A DNA stretch of 64,000 nt from an uncultured delta proteobacterium (GCA_963727485.1 CAVSGM010000001.1:512001-576000), one strand, 5' to 3'. Shown: positions 1 through 10,930, counted from the first letter of the stretch. Numbers and translations are program-made. The notes: generated by a model not told the origin, from the letters alone.

Positions 1-59
1 GAAGCAAGTGTTGCGATGACGCCCTGGCCCTGCGATAGAGCAGCGCCGGAGCTCCGGCA

Positions 60-1095
60 ATGCGCGACACCCTCCAGCTCAAGAGCCTCCCCGAGGCGGC
101 GGCGGTCGAGGCCCTCGGCGCCCTGGGGGCCACCGGCCGGGAGGCGCGGCGGATTCTGGTCGGCGGCGGTGAAGCGCCGGGCCACCGTGGACGAGATCGC
201 CCGCCTCGAGCAGGTGCGCCGCCCGGTCCTCGACGCGGTACTCCCCCGCCTCGACCTTCGCCGCCTCGAGGTCGTCACCCGGCGCACCGATCCCGCCGAC
301 GGCTTCGTGAAGTACCTGTTCGCCCTGGCGGACGGCCACCGGGTGGAGGCGGTGCGCATCCCCATCTTCGACACCCACCACGTGGTCTGCGTCTCCAGCC
401 AGGTGGGCTGCCCCCTCACCTGCGACTTCTGCGCCACCGGGCGCCTCGGCTACCGGCGGAACCTCACCCCCGGGGAGATCGTCGAGCAGGTGCTGGCCAT
501 CCGGGACGAGGCCGACCGCCCGGTGCGGGGGGTGGTGTTCATGGGCATGGGCGAGCCGATGCTCAACTACGACGGGGTGGTCGACGCCGCGCGGATCCTC
601 ACCGCCGGCGCCGGGGTCGCCATCGGGGGCAAGCGCATCACCGTCTCCACCGCCGGCTGGGTCCCGGCCATCCGCCGCTACACCGCAGACGGCCACCCCT
701 GGCGCCTGGCGGTGAGCCTGACCTCGGCGATCCCCGAGAAGCGGGTGCAGGTGATGCCCATCGAGGCCCGCTACCCGCTCCCCGAGCTCTGGGCCGCGAC
801 CCGGGACCACGCCCTCGCCCGGAAGACCCGGGCGATGCTCGCCTACGTCCTCATCCGCGGCTTCAACACCGGCCGCGAGGACGCCCTGGCCCTCAAGCGC
901 CTCGTGGGCGACACCCCGGTCATGGTCGACCTCATCGACGTCAACGACGCCACCGGCCGCTACCTCCCCCCGACCCCCGAGGAGCTGGAGCGCTTCCGCG
1001 ACCACCTCCAGGTCCTGGGGCAGCCGGTGGTGCGCCGCTACTCCGGGGGCAAGCAGGTGGAGGCCGCCTGCGGGATGCTGGCGGCCTCCGGCTGA
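60..1095 (+). CDS. RlmN/Cfr-family radical SAM RNA methyltransferase (apparent +1 frameshift at 152-156)
   Basis: VCVSSQVGCPLTCDFC (CxxxCxxC plus upstream Cys), FMGMGEP and C-terminal AACGML. ATG at 60 joins the catalytic frame if one T is removed from GATTC at 152-156. Confidence 0.85.
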
Positions 1096-1099
1096 CCGG

Positions 1100-3118
1100 C
1101 TAGAGGCAGCTCGGGTTGGCCCCGCATCCGCTGGCGGACATGGGCGCCACCGCGTCGCACTCGGCGACGTTGTGGAAGACGTTCATCGAGGTGAGGTCCA
1201 TGGGGAGGCCCGTCCAGCCCTCGACGATGCCGTTGCCCGCCGAGTCGGTGATGGACACGCTCGTGATCGAGCCGGCCGCCGGCATGGCGTCGAAGAAGGA
1301 GAGGCCGCCGTTCTCGTCGCCGCTGGTCGGCTCGCAGGCGTAGCCCGAGAAGCCGCCGTCGCCCCCGGCGAAGGAGATGCCCACGTTCTCCATCCGGCTC
1401 GGGGCCAAAGGCGAGGTGTTGTCGCCGTTGAAGATGACCCCGACCCAGTCTCCGGCGGCGCCGGTGGTGTCGGTCCAGCTCCCCATGGTGATGGGCTGGG
1501 TGGCCGTGCCCACCGCCTGGAGGGCCCCCTGGCCCAGACCGTGGACGTTGATGGTCAGCCGCTCCCCGGCGGAGAAGAGCAGGCTGACGCCCGGGTCCAG
1601 GGTGAGGGTCGCCGGCGCTCCGCTGGTGCTGCCCACCGTGAGGGAGCCGTAGAGCAGGTAGGGGGCGCCGAGGTCGGCGAGGGTGGTGTCCCGGGTGATG
1701 TCGCCGCCGGTGACCCAGATCCCCGGCTGGGCCCCGTCGACGGTGCTCGCCGAGGGCAGGCTGTAGAGGGCCTCGCCGCTGAGGACCAGGGGCACCGCCA
1801 CCGGGGTGCCGATATCGGGGCTCACGTCGGCGCCCGAGCCGGTGATGTGGAGGTCCGAGGCGCCGGGCATGAACGCCGCGCCGCCCTGGAGCAGGAGGCC
1901 CACGGTCCCCGAGTCGGTGATGCTCAGGTGGTCCACCGCGAGGCACTCGGCGGTGGGGCTGGCCGCCGCGCCGCCGTCGGCGAGGAGGCTGGTGCCGTCG
2001 CCACCCTCGGAGCCGGTGGCGCCGCCGCCGTCGACGTCGGTGTAGGACAGGGACATCGTCGCCGGGGCGGTGACCTTGAGGTCGTTCCAGCGGCCGCCGC
2101 CCGCGCCGGTGACGGTGACGTGCTTCGCCGCGGTGCCGGCGAAGACCAGGTGCCCCAGGGCCCCGCCGGCGCCTGCGGCCACGGTCATGTCGGCGCCCGC
2201 CGAGAGCTTCAGGGTCGCGCCGGCGGCGATGGTCACCGTGACGTCGCTGGTGGCGCTGTCCGAGGGGAGCACGGCGAAGTCGCCGCCGTCGTAGTTGTCG
2301 CCGAGGATCCAGGGGACACCCGGGTCGGAGAGGGTCTCGCTCTGGGCGATGCTGTCCCGGCCCTTGAGCAGGATCCCGTCGAGGCCGTTGCCGGTGTAGG
2401 TGCCGGACGGCAGGGAGCCGGCGCTCTCGGTGGACAGGCGCACCGGGTAGGCGGGAATCGGGCTCCCGCCGTCGGTCATGGGCTGCTGTCCGGTGCCGGT
2501 GACGGTCAGGGCGGTGGAGCCCGACATGAAGGCGGCCCCGTCGGCGAGGTTCACCCCCGAGGCGGCGGCGTCGGAGAGGGTCACGTGGTCGACCTTGAGG
2601 GTGGCCTTGGGTGCGGCGCTCCGGTCGCCGGTGACCGTCACCACCGCCGCGTCGGCGCTCGTGGCCTGACCGCCGTGGGTGAGGGTGGTGTAGGCGAGCT
2701 CGAGGGTGGCCGTGGGAGAGGTGGCGGTGAGGCCCTGCCAGTAGTCGGTCCCGCTGGGCCCGAAGGTGACCTTGCCGTCGGCGGTCCCCTCGGTGACGAG
2801 GTGGCCGGCGACCTTGATCCCGGCGCCGCTCCCGAGGACCACCGCGGTGCACTTGCCGAGGGTGAGGGTGGCGCCGCTTCCGACCTTCACCGTGTCACCG
2901 TCGGCGATGACGTAGGGCGAGTGGGCGGCGTCCCAGGTGGTGTCGGCGGAGAGGGTGCCGGTGACGGTGGTGGGCCCGCTGGTCTTGTTGCCGCAGGCGT
3001 CCTCGGCCTTGACGTTTCCGCCGCCACCGCCGCCGCCTCCCGAGGGGGTGCAGCCGGCGGCGAGGACGAGGACGAGGGACAACGTCAGGGTGCTTCGGGA
3101 AGCGATGCGCGAGCGCAT
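1100..3118 (-). CDS. Large secreted lipoprotein, probable parallel beta-helix repeat protein
   Basis: AGGAG RBS; lipobox LAAGC; Gly/Thr/Asp-rich with a thrice-recurring GTA..xxTxx..W.G module. Confidence 0.7.
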   Translation of the reverse strand: MRSRIASRSTLTLSLVLVLAAGCTPSGGGGGGGGNVKAEDACGNKTSGPTTVTGTLSADTTWDAAHSPYVIADGDTVKVGSGATLTLGKCTAVVLGSGAGIKVAGHLVTEGTADGKVTFGPSGTDYWQGLTATSPTATLELAYTTLTHGGQATSADAAVVTVTGDRSAAPKATLKVDHVTLSDAAASGVNLADGAAFMSGSTALTVTGTGQQPMTDGGSPIPAYPVRLSTESAGSLPSGTYTGNGLDGILLKGRDSIAQSETLSDPGVPWILGDNYDGGDFAVLPSDSATSDVTVTIAAGATLKLSAGADMTVAAGAGGALGHLVFAGTAAKHVTVTGAGGGRWNDLKVTAPATMSLSYTDVDGGGATGSEGGDGTSLLADGGAAASPTAECLAVDHLSITDSGTVGLLLQGGAAFMPGASDLHITGSGADVSPDIGTPVAVPLVLSGEALYSLPSASTVDGAQPGIWVTGGDITRDTTLADLGAPYLLYGSLTVGSTSGAPATLTLDPGVSLLFSAGERLTINVHGLGQGALQAVGTATQPITMGSWTDTTGAAGDWVGVIFNGDNTSPLAPSRMENVGISFAGGDGGFSGYACEPTSGDENGGLSFFDAMPAAGSITSVSITDSAGNGIVEGWTGLPMDLTSMNVFHNVAECDAVAPMSASGCGANPSCL

Positions 3119-3276
3119 GACGGCGACTCCTGTGAGTGGGTTCGAACCCGGTGGGTGTACCACGCTGGGGAAGACCGGCTGTGACCGCGATCGACCACCG
3201 GTTCGTCGCCCCTGGCGCGGGCCCTGGCCGCGATGGCGGGGCATCGCCTATGGTGGGCGGTCCGGGAGGAGTGCCC

Positions 3277-5467
3277 ATGCCGCATCGCCGCGTCGCCACC
3301 TTCGCCGTCCTCGTCACCGTCCTGCTGGCGCCAGGGTGTCACCACGACGACGGGGGGGCGCCCCGGACGCCGCCCACGCCGCGGCGGACCCGGGCGACGC
3401 CGGCCACCGGGACGCCGGCGACGTGGTCCTCGCCTCCCACCTCCCGGCGAGCGCCGACGCCAAGGGCGACCTCCCGGCCATCGAGAAGCGCGGGGTGCTC
3501 CGGGTCCTCATCCCCGGCACCCGCGAGACCTTCCTCCCCCGCCAGGGCATGCCGACCTCCTACGACCGCACCCTGGCCCGGGCCTTCGCCGCCCGCTTCC
3601 ACCTGAAGATCCGCTTCGTCCTGGTGCCCGACCACGCCCGGCTCCTGGCGGCCCTCGACGCCGGCAAGGGGGACCTGGTCGCCGCGCGCCTCGCCATCAC
3701 CCCGGCGCGCCAGAAGGTCGTGGACTTCACCCGGCCGGTGGCCTCGGTGGACGAGATGCTCGTCGACGCCAAGGACGATCCCCACCCGCCGAGGTCGCTG
3801 GCCGACCTGAAGGGCCGGGAGATCGACGTCCGGAAGAGCTCCTCGTACTACGAGACCCTCCAGGGCCTGAAGGTCCCCGGGCTCACGGTGAAGGCGGCGG
3901 ACGAGCGCCTCGACGCCGAGCAGCTCGCCTACCAGGTGGGCCGGCACCAGCGCCCGCTCACGGTGGTCGACAGTGACATCCTCGCCGCCATCGAGACCTA
4001 CGACGACGACGTGGTCGGCCGCTTCCCCATCGCCGAGGGCGACCACATCGCCTGGGCCCTCCGCAAGCACTCCCCGAAGCTCAAGGCCGCCCTCGACGCC
4101 TTCCTCATCGAGAAGGCGCTCACCGCCCACACCCGCCGGATTCTTCAAGGGCGACCTGAAGGGGATCCGCAAGCGCGGGGTCCTCCGGGTCCTCACCCGG
4201 AACAACCCGGTCACCTACTTCCTCTACCGGGGCAAGCAGCTGGGCTTCGACTTCGAGCTGGCCCGCCTCGCCGCCAAGGACCTGGGGGTGCGCCTGGAGA
4301 TGGTGGTGCCCCCGAGCCGGGACCAGCTCATCCCCTGGCTCCTGGCGGGCAAGGGCGACGTCATCGCCGCCTCGCTCACCGTGCTGCCCCGCCGGGCCCG
4401 GGAGGTGGCGTTCTCCAAGCCCTACCTCCACGTGGAGGAGATGCTCATGGGCAAGCAGGGGGGACCGGCGGTCAGCGCCCTCCCGGATCTCAAGGGCAAG
4501 ACGGTGGAGGTGCGCCGGTCCTCGAGCTACTGGACCACCCTCCTGGGCCTGGAGAAGAAGGTGGGGCCGTTCAAGATGGTGGCGGCCCCCGAGGACCAGG
4601 AGACCGAGGCGCTCATCGACCGGGTGGCGAAGGGGAAGATCCCCTTCACCGTCGCCGACAGCGACATCGCCCTGGTGGAGCTCACCTGGCGCGACGACGT
4701 CGCCGCCGAGCTCGCCCTCACCGATCCCAAGGGCAAGCCCGGCGCCTGGGAGGACCTCACCCAGGGGAGCAAGGCCATCGCCTTTGCGGTGCGGCCGGGA
4801 TTCGAAGCAGCTCCTCGCCTGGCTCGACGGCTTCGTGAAGCGCACCTACCGCGGGGTCGCCTACAACGTGGCCCGGAAGCGGTACTTCCACGACCGCAAG
4901 GCCATCGACCGGGTGAAGACCGGGCGGGTGGGCGCCGGGGGGCACCTCTCGCCCTACGACGGGCTCCTCAGGAAGTACGCGGCGCGCTACGGCCTCGACT
5001 GGCGGCTGATGGCCGCCACCGCCTTCCAGGAGAGCCGGTTCAACCCCCACGCCAAGAGCTGGGTGGGGGCCAAGGGGCTCTTCCAGGTGATGCCCCAGAC
5101 CGCCCACGCCCTGGGCTTCGACCACCCGGAGCGCCCGGCCCAGGGCGTCGCCGCCGGCGTCGAGTACATCCACCAGCTCATCGGCCGCATCGATCCCACC
5201 CTGCCGCTGCGGGTGCGGGTGCGGATGGCGCTCGCCGCCTACAACGCCGGCCTGGGGCACGTCCGGGACGCCCGGCGCCTCGCCGACCGGCTCCACCTCG
5301 ACCCCGACAAGTGGTTCGGCAACGTCTCCAAGGCCATGCTTCTCCTGGAGCAGCCCAGGTACTACCGTCACGCCCGCTACGGCTACTGTCGCGGCAGCGA
5401 GCCGGTTGCCTATGTTTCCCAAATCCAGAACCGCTACGACAACTACGTGAAGATCGTGAAGCAATAG
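3277..5467 (+). CDS. mltF: MltF-like lytic transglycosylase with two solute-binding (family 3) domains and a C-terminal SLT domain (three apparent frameshifts)
   Basis: Lipobox LAPGC; two GDL..I.KRGVLRVL SBP starts; SLT motifs QESRFNP, AKGLFQVMP, ALAAYNAG. Frame breaks at about 3352-3364 (G/C runs), 4139-4143 and 4799-4803. Confidence 0.85.
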
Positions 5468-5476
5468 GAGGCGGCG

Positions 5477-5782
5477 ATGTCGGTGACGAGGGTGGTGATG
5501 GTGAAGCTGAACGGTGAGCACCAGACCGAGGCCAGGCGCCTCGAGGTGGCGCGGCACAGCCTCGAGGCCCTGGGGAAGGTCCCCGGGATCGAGGGCGTGG
5601 AGGTGGGGGTGCCCGCGGACGCCGGGTCGGCGGCGGCCTGGGACCTGGAGATCCTGGTGCGCTTCGCCCGCGTCGAGGACATCGAGGCCTACCGGGTGGA
5701 CCCGGCCCACCGCGCCTACGTCGACGACTACCTCGAGCCGCGGATGGCGGTGATCAAGGCCTGGAACTTCGAGGCCGTCTAG
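5477..5782 (+). CDS. Dabb family (stress-responsive A/B barrel) protein
   Basis: RVVMVKL start, Y..DPAH..Y motif, 101 aa, GGAGG RBS. Confidence 0.8.
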   Translation: MSVTRVVMVKLNGEHQTEARRLEVARHSLEALGKVPGIEGVEVGVPADAGSAAAWDLEILVRFARVEDIEAYRVDPAHRAYVDDYLEPRMAVIKAWNFEAV

Positions 5783-5796
5783 AGAACGGAGCCTGC

Positions 5797-6723
5797 GTGA
5801 CCGACGTCGCCCTGCGCTGCGCCGGCCTGGTGAAGCGCTTCCCGGACGTCCTGGCGGTGGCGGGCCTCGATCTCGAGGTGCCCCGGGGGACGTGCTTCGG
5901 GCTCCTCGGCCCCAACGGCGCCGGGAAGACCACGACGGTGGAGATCTGCGAGGGGCTCCAGAAGGCCGACGCCGGCACGGTGGAGGTGCTGGGCCAGAGG
6001 TGGGGCGAGGGCGACGATCGGCGGATCCGGGCGCGGCTGGGGGTGGCGCTCCAGGACACCCAGCTCCCCGACCGGCTCACGGTGCGGGAGACGGTGCGCC
6101 TGTTCCGCAGCTTCTACCCCGCCGGCCGCGAGGTCGACGAGGCGCTGGCGCTCCTGGAGCTCGAGGAGAAGCGGGACGCCCGGGTGGGCAAGCTCTCCGG
6201 GGGCCAGCGGCAACGCCTGGCGCTGGCCTGCGCCCTGGTGGGCGACCCGGCGCTCCTGTTCCTCGACGAGCCCACCACCGGCCTCGACCCCCAGGTGCGC
6301 CTCCACATCTGGGAGATCGTCGAGCGCTTCCGGGCGGGCGGGGGCACGGTGATCCTCACCACCCACTACATGGAGGAGGCCGCCAGGCTCTGCGAGGCGG
6401 TGGCGGTCCTCGATCACGGGCAGGTCATCGCCCGGGGGTCGCCCGCCGAGCTGGTCGCCGGCCTCGAGGCCGAGCAGGTGGTGACCCTTCAGACCGAGCC
6501 GGCCCTGGACCCCGAGGCCCTGGCGGCCCTGCCCGGGGTGTCGTCGGCCACCGCCCGGGGCGAGGCGCGGGTGCTCCACGTCTCCGAGGTGGGCGTGGCC
6601 CTGCCGGCCATCACCGCCGAGGTGGCGCGCCTTGGCGCCCGGATCGTCAGCCTCACCACCCACGAGGCCACCCTCGAGGACGTGTTCGTGGACCTCACCG
6701 GCCGGGGGCTGCGCGATGCCTAG
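5797..6723 (+). CDS. ABC-2 type exporter ATP-binding protein
   Basis: Walker A GPNGAGKTT, LSGGQRQR, LFLDEPTTGLDP, TTHYMEEA. Confidence 0.95.
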   Translation: MTDVALRCAGLVKRFPDVLAVAGLDLEVPRGTCFGLLGPNGAGKTTTVEICEGLQKADAGTVEVLGQRWGEGDDRRIRARLGVALQDTQLPDRLTVRETVRLFRSFYPAGREVDEALALLELEEKRDARVGKLSGGQRQRLALACALVGDPALLFLDEPTTGLDPQVRLHIWEIVERFRAGGGTVILTTHYMEEAARLCEAVAVLDHGQVIARGSPAELVAGLEAEQVVTLQTEPALDPEALAALPGVSSATARGEARVLHVSEVGVALPAITAEVARLGARIVSLTTHEATLEDVFVDLTGRGLRDA

Positions 6724-7762
6724 GCCCGCCTCGGCGCTGATGGAGCTGACCCGGGCGCGGCTCCTGGAGTTCCTCCGGGACCCGGCGGCGGTGTTCTGGG
6801 TCTTCGGCTTCCCCATCCTCCTGGCGGTGGTCCTGGGGATCGCGTTTCGGAGCCGGCCGGCGCCCACCTACCCGGTGGCGGTGGTCGACGGGCACCCGGG
6901 GAGCGCCGCCCTGGCCACCGACCTCGCCACCTCCAAGGCCCTCAAGGTGCGGCGACTGGCCCCCGCCGCCGCCGACGCCGCGCTCCGCCGGGGGCAGGTG
7001 GCGGTGGTGGCGGTGCCCTGGCCGAGGGGCGAGGTGACCTGGCGCCTCGACCCCACCCGCGAGGACGGCCCGGTGGCCAGGCGCGTCGCCGACGACGCCC
7101 TCCAGCGCGCCCGGGGGCGAAAGGACGCGGTCCAGACCCGCACCGAGCCGGTGTCCGAGGCCGGGGGGCGCTACATCGACTTCCTGGTGCCCGGCCTCGT
7201 GGGCCTCAACCTCATGGGCTCGAGCATGTGGGGCGTGGGCTTCGCGGTGGTCGACACCCGCAAGCGCCGGCTCCTCAAGCGCTTCGCCGCCACCCCCATG
7301 CGCCGCTCCGACTTCCTCCTGGGCTTCATGCTCTCCAGGATGGCGTTCCTCGCCGCCGAGGTGGCGGTGCTCATCGCCTTTGGCTGGTGGGCCTTCGGGG
7401 TGGCGGTCCACGGGTCGATCTGGGCCCTGTCGCTGGTCTCGCTCCTCGGGGCCCTGACCTTCGCCGGCATGGCCGTCCTCATCGGCGCCCGCACCGACAG
7501 CACCGAGGTCGCCAGCGGCTGGGCCAACTTCGTGATGATGCCCATGTGGATGTTCTCGGGGGCGTTCTTCTCCTACGAGCGCTTCCCCGAGTTCCTCTGG
7601 CCGGCGCTCCGGGCCCTGCCGCTGACCGCCCTCAACGACGCCCTCCGGGCGATCATGAACGACGGCACCGCCGTCTGGCACCTCTGGCCCCAGATTCTGG
7701 TGCTCGCCGTCTGGGGCGTGCTGTCCTTTGCAGTGGCCCTGAAGATCTTCCGGTGGCAGTAG
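6716..7762 (+). CDS. ABC-2 type exporter permease
   Basis: Overlaps the ATPase stop; YIDFLVPG, LKRFAATP, PLT..NDALR; about 6 TM segments. Confidence 0.92.
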   Translation: MPRPASALMELTRARLLEFLRDPAAVFWVFGFPILLAVVLGIAFRSRPAPTYPVAVVDGHPGSAALATDLATSKALKVRRLAPAAADAALRRGQVAVVAVPWPRGEVTWRLDPTREDGPVARRVADDALQRARGRKDAVQTRTEPVSEAGGRYIDFLVPGLVGLNLMGSSMWGVGFAVVDTRKRRLLKRFAATPMRRSDFLLGFMLSRMAFLAAEVAVLIAFGWWAFGVAVHGSIWALSLVSLLGALTFAGMAVLIGARTDSTEVASGWANFVMMPMWMFSGAFFSYERFPEFLWPALRALPLTALNDALRAIMNDGTAVWHLWPQILVLAVWGVLSFAVALKIFRWQ

Positions 7763-7810
7763 ACCCGGGGGACCGTGATATACGCCCCTTTCAGCTTCCA
7801 GGAGGCCGAC

Positions 7811-9232
7811 ATGCGACGCGCGACATCCGGAATCCTCGCCGCCCTCCTCTGCGTGGGATTGGTGGCCACCGCGGCCCCGGCCCGCGCCGACGGGCCACCC
7901 CTCCCGCATCTCGAGTACACCCGGTTCGAGCTCAAGAACGGCCTCACGGTCTTCGTGCTCCCGGACCACGCGGTGCCCCAGGCCCAGGTGATCACCTGGT
8001 ACAAGGTCGGGTCGGCGGACGAGCGCCCCGGGCGCACCGGCTTCGCCCACCTCTTCGAGCACCTGATGTTCAAGGGGTCGGCCCACATCCCCGACGGGAA
8101 GATGGACATCCTCCTCGAGGGCGCCGGCGGCTACTCCAACGCCTTCACCTCGAGCGACATGACCGTCTTCTACGACGTCGCCGCCTCGAACTTCCTGGAC
8201 ACCATGCTCTGGATGGAGGCGGACCGCCTCGCCGGCCTCACCGACACCATCGACCAGAAGAAGCTCGACAACCAGCGGGCGGTGGTCCTCAACGAGCGGC
8301 GGCAGAGCTACGAGAACCGGCCCTACGGCATCGCGCCCCTCTTGCTGCGCAAGACCCTGTGGCCCGAAGGCCACGGCTACCACTGGCCGGTCATCGGCTA
8401 TCACAAGGACCTGGCGGCGGCGTCGGTCTCCGACGTGAAGCGCTACTTCCACACCTGGTACGTGCCGAACAACGCGGTGATGGTCATCGCCGGCGACGTC
8501 GACCCGGCGAAGGTGAAGGCGGCGGTGACGAAGTACTTCGCCTGGATCCCCGAGAAGCCCGACCCCAAGCGCCCGGGCTACCAGGTGCTCGGGCCCCTCA
8601 CGAAGTCCACCGACCTCACGGCCACCGACAAGGTCGCGGTGCCCCGGGTCTACCTCGCCTGGCGCGGGCCCCAGAGCTTCTCCAAGGACGAGCCGGCCCT
8701 GGACCTGGCGGCGCGGATCCTCGGGGGCGGGAAGTCGAGCCGCCTCTACAAGACCCTGGTCTACGACAAGCAGGTGGCCCAGGACGTCTCCGCGAGCTTC
8801 GACGCGGAGATGCTCGGGGGTGAGTTCGACATCACGGTCACCGCCAAGCCCGGGGTCGATCCCAAGGTCCTGGAGCAGGCGGTCACCGAGGCGGTGGCCA
8901 GGCTCGGCAAGCGCCCGCCCACGGGGCCCGAGCTCCAGCGGGCCCAGAACCTCCACGAGTCCCAGTTCCTCCAGCAGCTCCAGGCGAGCCTGTGGCGGGG
9001 GATCCAGCTCGCCCAGTACGACGCCCAGGCCGGCAACCCCGACTACCTCGCCAAGGACGTCGAGCGGTACCGGGCGGTGACGCCCGCCGACGTGATGCGG
9101 GTGGTGAAGCACTGGCTCCACCCGAAGGCGCGGGTGCAGCTGGTGATCACCCCGGCGAAGAAGACCCCGGCGACCGCCCCGGCGCCCCGGCCCCAGACGG
9201 CGGCCGCGGCCAAGAAGGAGGTGACCCAGTGA
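7811..9232 (+). CDS. M16 (insulinase/pitrilysin) zinc peptidase, catalytic subunit
   Basis: Signal peptide; GFAHLFEHLMFKGS (HxxEH), NAFT, VVLNERR. Confidence 0.95.
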   Translation: MRRATSGILAALLCVGLVATAAPARADGPPLPHLEYTRFELKNGLTVFVLPDHAVPQAQVITWYKVGSADERPGRTGFAHLFEHLMFKGSAHIPDGKMDILLEGAGGYSNAFTSSDMTVFYDVAASNFLDTMLWMEADRLAGLTDTIDQKKLDNQRAVVLNERRQSYENRPYGIAPLLLRKTLWPEGHGYHWPVIGYHKDLAAASVSDVKRYFHTWYVPNNAVMVIAGDVDPAKVKAAVTKYFAWIPEKPDPKRPGYQVLGPLTKSTDLTATDKVAVPRVYLAWRGPQSFSKDEPALDLAARILGGGKSSRLYKTLVYDKQVAQDVSASFDAEMLGGEFDITVTAKPGVDPKVLEQAVTEAVARLGKRPPTGPELQRAQNLHESQFLQQLQASLWRGIQLAQYDAQAGNPDYLAKDVERYRAVTPADVMRVVKHWLHPKARVQLVITPAKKTPATAPAPRPQTAAAAKKEVTQ

Positions 9233-10920
9233 GCCCCATCCGGACCCACGCCCTCGCCCTCGCCGCCGCCCTGACCCTGGTGGCCGGCTGCGCCACCTCG
9301 GGGGCCCAGGCGCCCGCCGCCCCCGCGAAGCCGGCGGCGACCCGGCCCGAGGCCAAGGCCGCGGCCCCCGCGCCGAAGCCCGCTCCCGCCAAGGCCGAGG
9401 CCGCTCCCGCCAAGGCCGAGGCGGCCGAGGCCGCCGCGGCGAGGCCCGCCCCCAAGACCCCACCCCAGGACGAGGCGCCCTGGGCGAGCTCGCCGGTGAA
9501 GGACTGGTCCACCCCGCCCAAGCCCGGGCCGGCGCCGAGCTTCACCCCGCCGACCCCCGAGACCTTCACCCTCCAGAACGGGGTGAAGGTGGTGCTGGTG
9601 GAGCGCCACGCCCTGCCGCTGGTGTCCATGACCCTCATCGTCGACGGCGCCGGCTCCGCCGCCGATCCCAAGGGCGAGGCGGGGCTCGCGGCCTACACCG
9701 CCGACCTCCTCGACGAGGGCGCCGACGGGTTCTCCGCCCTGTCCCTGGCCAAGATCCTCGAGCGCCAGGGGGCGAGCCTCCACACCGGCGTGGCCCGGGA
9801 CTACGGCTACGTCAACATGACGACCCTGTCGAAGACCCTGCAGCTGTCCATGGATCTGTTCGGCAAGGTGGTCACCGAGCCCAGCTTCCACCTCCGGGAC
9901 ACCCAGCGGATCCACAAGCAGCGGATGGTGGCGCTCAAGCAGCGCGGTGACCACGCCTCGGCGGTGGCGTCGATGGTCCTGGCCCAGGCCCTCTACGGGC
10001 GCACCTCGCCCTACGGCCACGCGGTGGACGGCTACCCGAAGACCCTCGCCAAGATCGGCTCGGCCCAGGCGGTGCGCTTCTACCGGCTGCACTGGCGCCC
10101 CAAGGCCATGACCCTGGTGGTGGTGGGCGACGTGAGCCGGGCGGTGCTCGAGCACGACCTGCACATCACCATCGGCTCCTGGCACTTCCGGGGCCGGGGG
10201 GTGCCGCCGGTCCACGTCGCCGGGGCGCCGGCCAAGGCGCCGCGCTTCATCCTCGTCGATCGCCCGGGGGCGCCCCAGAGCGCCCTGCGCATCGGGATGG
10301 CGAGCATCAAGCGCACCAACCCCCGGTTCTTCGACTACTTCGTGGCCAACGCGGTGCTCGGCAACGGCTTCACCAGCCGGCTCAACCATGAGCTCCGGGA
10401 GGTCCTCGGCTACACCTACGGCGCCGGGTCCTACAACGCCTGGCTGCGGGGGAAGAGCCAGTTCGTCATCTACTCGGCGGTGTTCACCCCGCACACGGTG
10501 GACGCGGTGCGCCACGTCATCGCCATGGTCAAGGAACTGGCGAAGACCCCGGTGCCCGCCGCGGAGCTGAAGAAGGCCAAGGACAGCCTCATCCGCGACC
10601 TGCCCAGCCACTTCGAGGGGCTCGACCGGACGGCGAACGTGTTCGGGTCGCTGGTGGCCCTGGGGCTGCCGCTGGACTACTACCAGGGCTACGACGCGAA
10701 GATCCGCGCGGTCACCGCCGCCGGCGTGCAGCAGGCCGCCGCCACGCTCCTCCCCGAGGACCAGCTCACCTTCGTGGTGGTCGGCGACGCCCGGAAGATC
10801 GAGCCGGGGCTTGAGAAGCTCCTGGGCCCGCCGGTGGTGCTGGGGCCCGACGGGCTGCCGGTGAAGGCGCCCAAGGCCCCCAAGGCTCCGGGCGTCACCA
10901 GCAAGACCCCGGCGAAGTAG
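9229..10920 (+). CDS. M16 peptidase partner subunit (non-catalytic), lipoprotein
   Basis: GTGA overlap with upstream gene; lipobox VAGC; Pro/Ala linker; no HxxEH; SRL..ELRE..GYTY (R/Y pair). Confidence 0.9.
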   Translation: MSPIRTHALALAAALTLVAGCATSGAQAPAAPAKPAATRPEAKAAAPAPKPAPAKAEAAPAKAEAAEAAAARPAPKTPPQDEAPWASSPVKDWSTPPKPGPAPSFTPPTPETFTLQNGVKVVLVERHALPLVSMTLIVDGAGSAADPKGEAGLAAYTADLLDEGADGFSALSLAKILERQGASLHTGVARDYGYVNMTTLSKTLQLSMDLFGKVVTEPSFHLRDTQRIHKQRMVALKQRGDHASAVASMVLAQALYGRTSPYGHAVDGYPKTLAKIGSAQAVRFYRLHWRPKAMTLVVVGDVSRAVLEHDLHITIGSWHFRGRGVPPVHVAGAPAKAPRFILVDRPGAPQSALRIGMASIKRTNPRFFDYFVANAVLGNGFTSRLNHELREVLGYTYGAGSYNAWLRGKSQFVIYSAVFTPHTVDAVRHVIAMVKELAKTPVPAAELKKAKDSLIRDLPSHFEGLDRTANVFGSLVALGLPLDYYQGYDAKIRAVTAAGVQQAAATLLPEDQLTFVVVGDARKIEPGLEKLLGPPVVLGPDGLPVKAPKAPKAPGVTSKTPAK

Positions 10921-10930
10921 GCCCGGGGCC

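Noticed and set aside
3130..3155. GGGTTCGAACCC resembling a tRNA T-arm or att site
   Set aside because: Only a 3-bp stem; no acceptor, D or anticodon arms, and no integrase nearby.
3352..3364. Phase variation at the G7/C4 run in mltF (also C8 at 45330)
   Set aside because: Short homopolymers in an indel-prone assembly; cannot be separated from error without reads.
6695..9463. Long antisense and alternate-frame ORFs (also 21587-24427, 11643-14201 and the tail of 28375-31629)
   Set aside because: Shadow ORFs expected at about 75% GC; they overlap well-supported genes and lack motifs.
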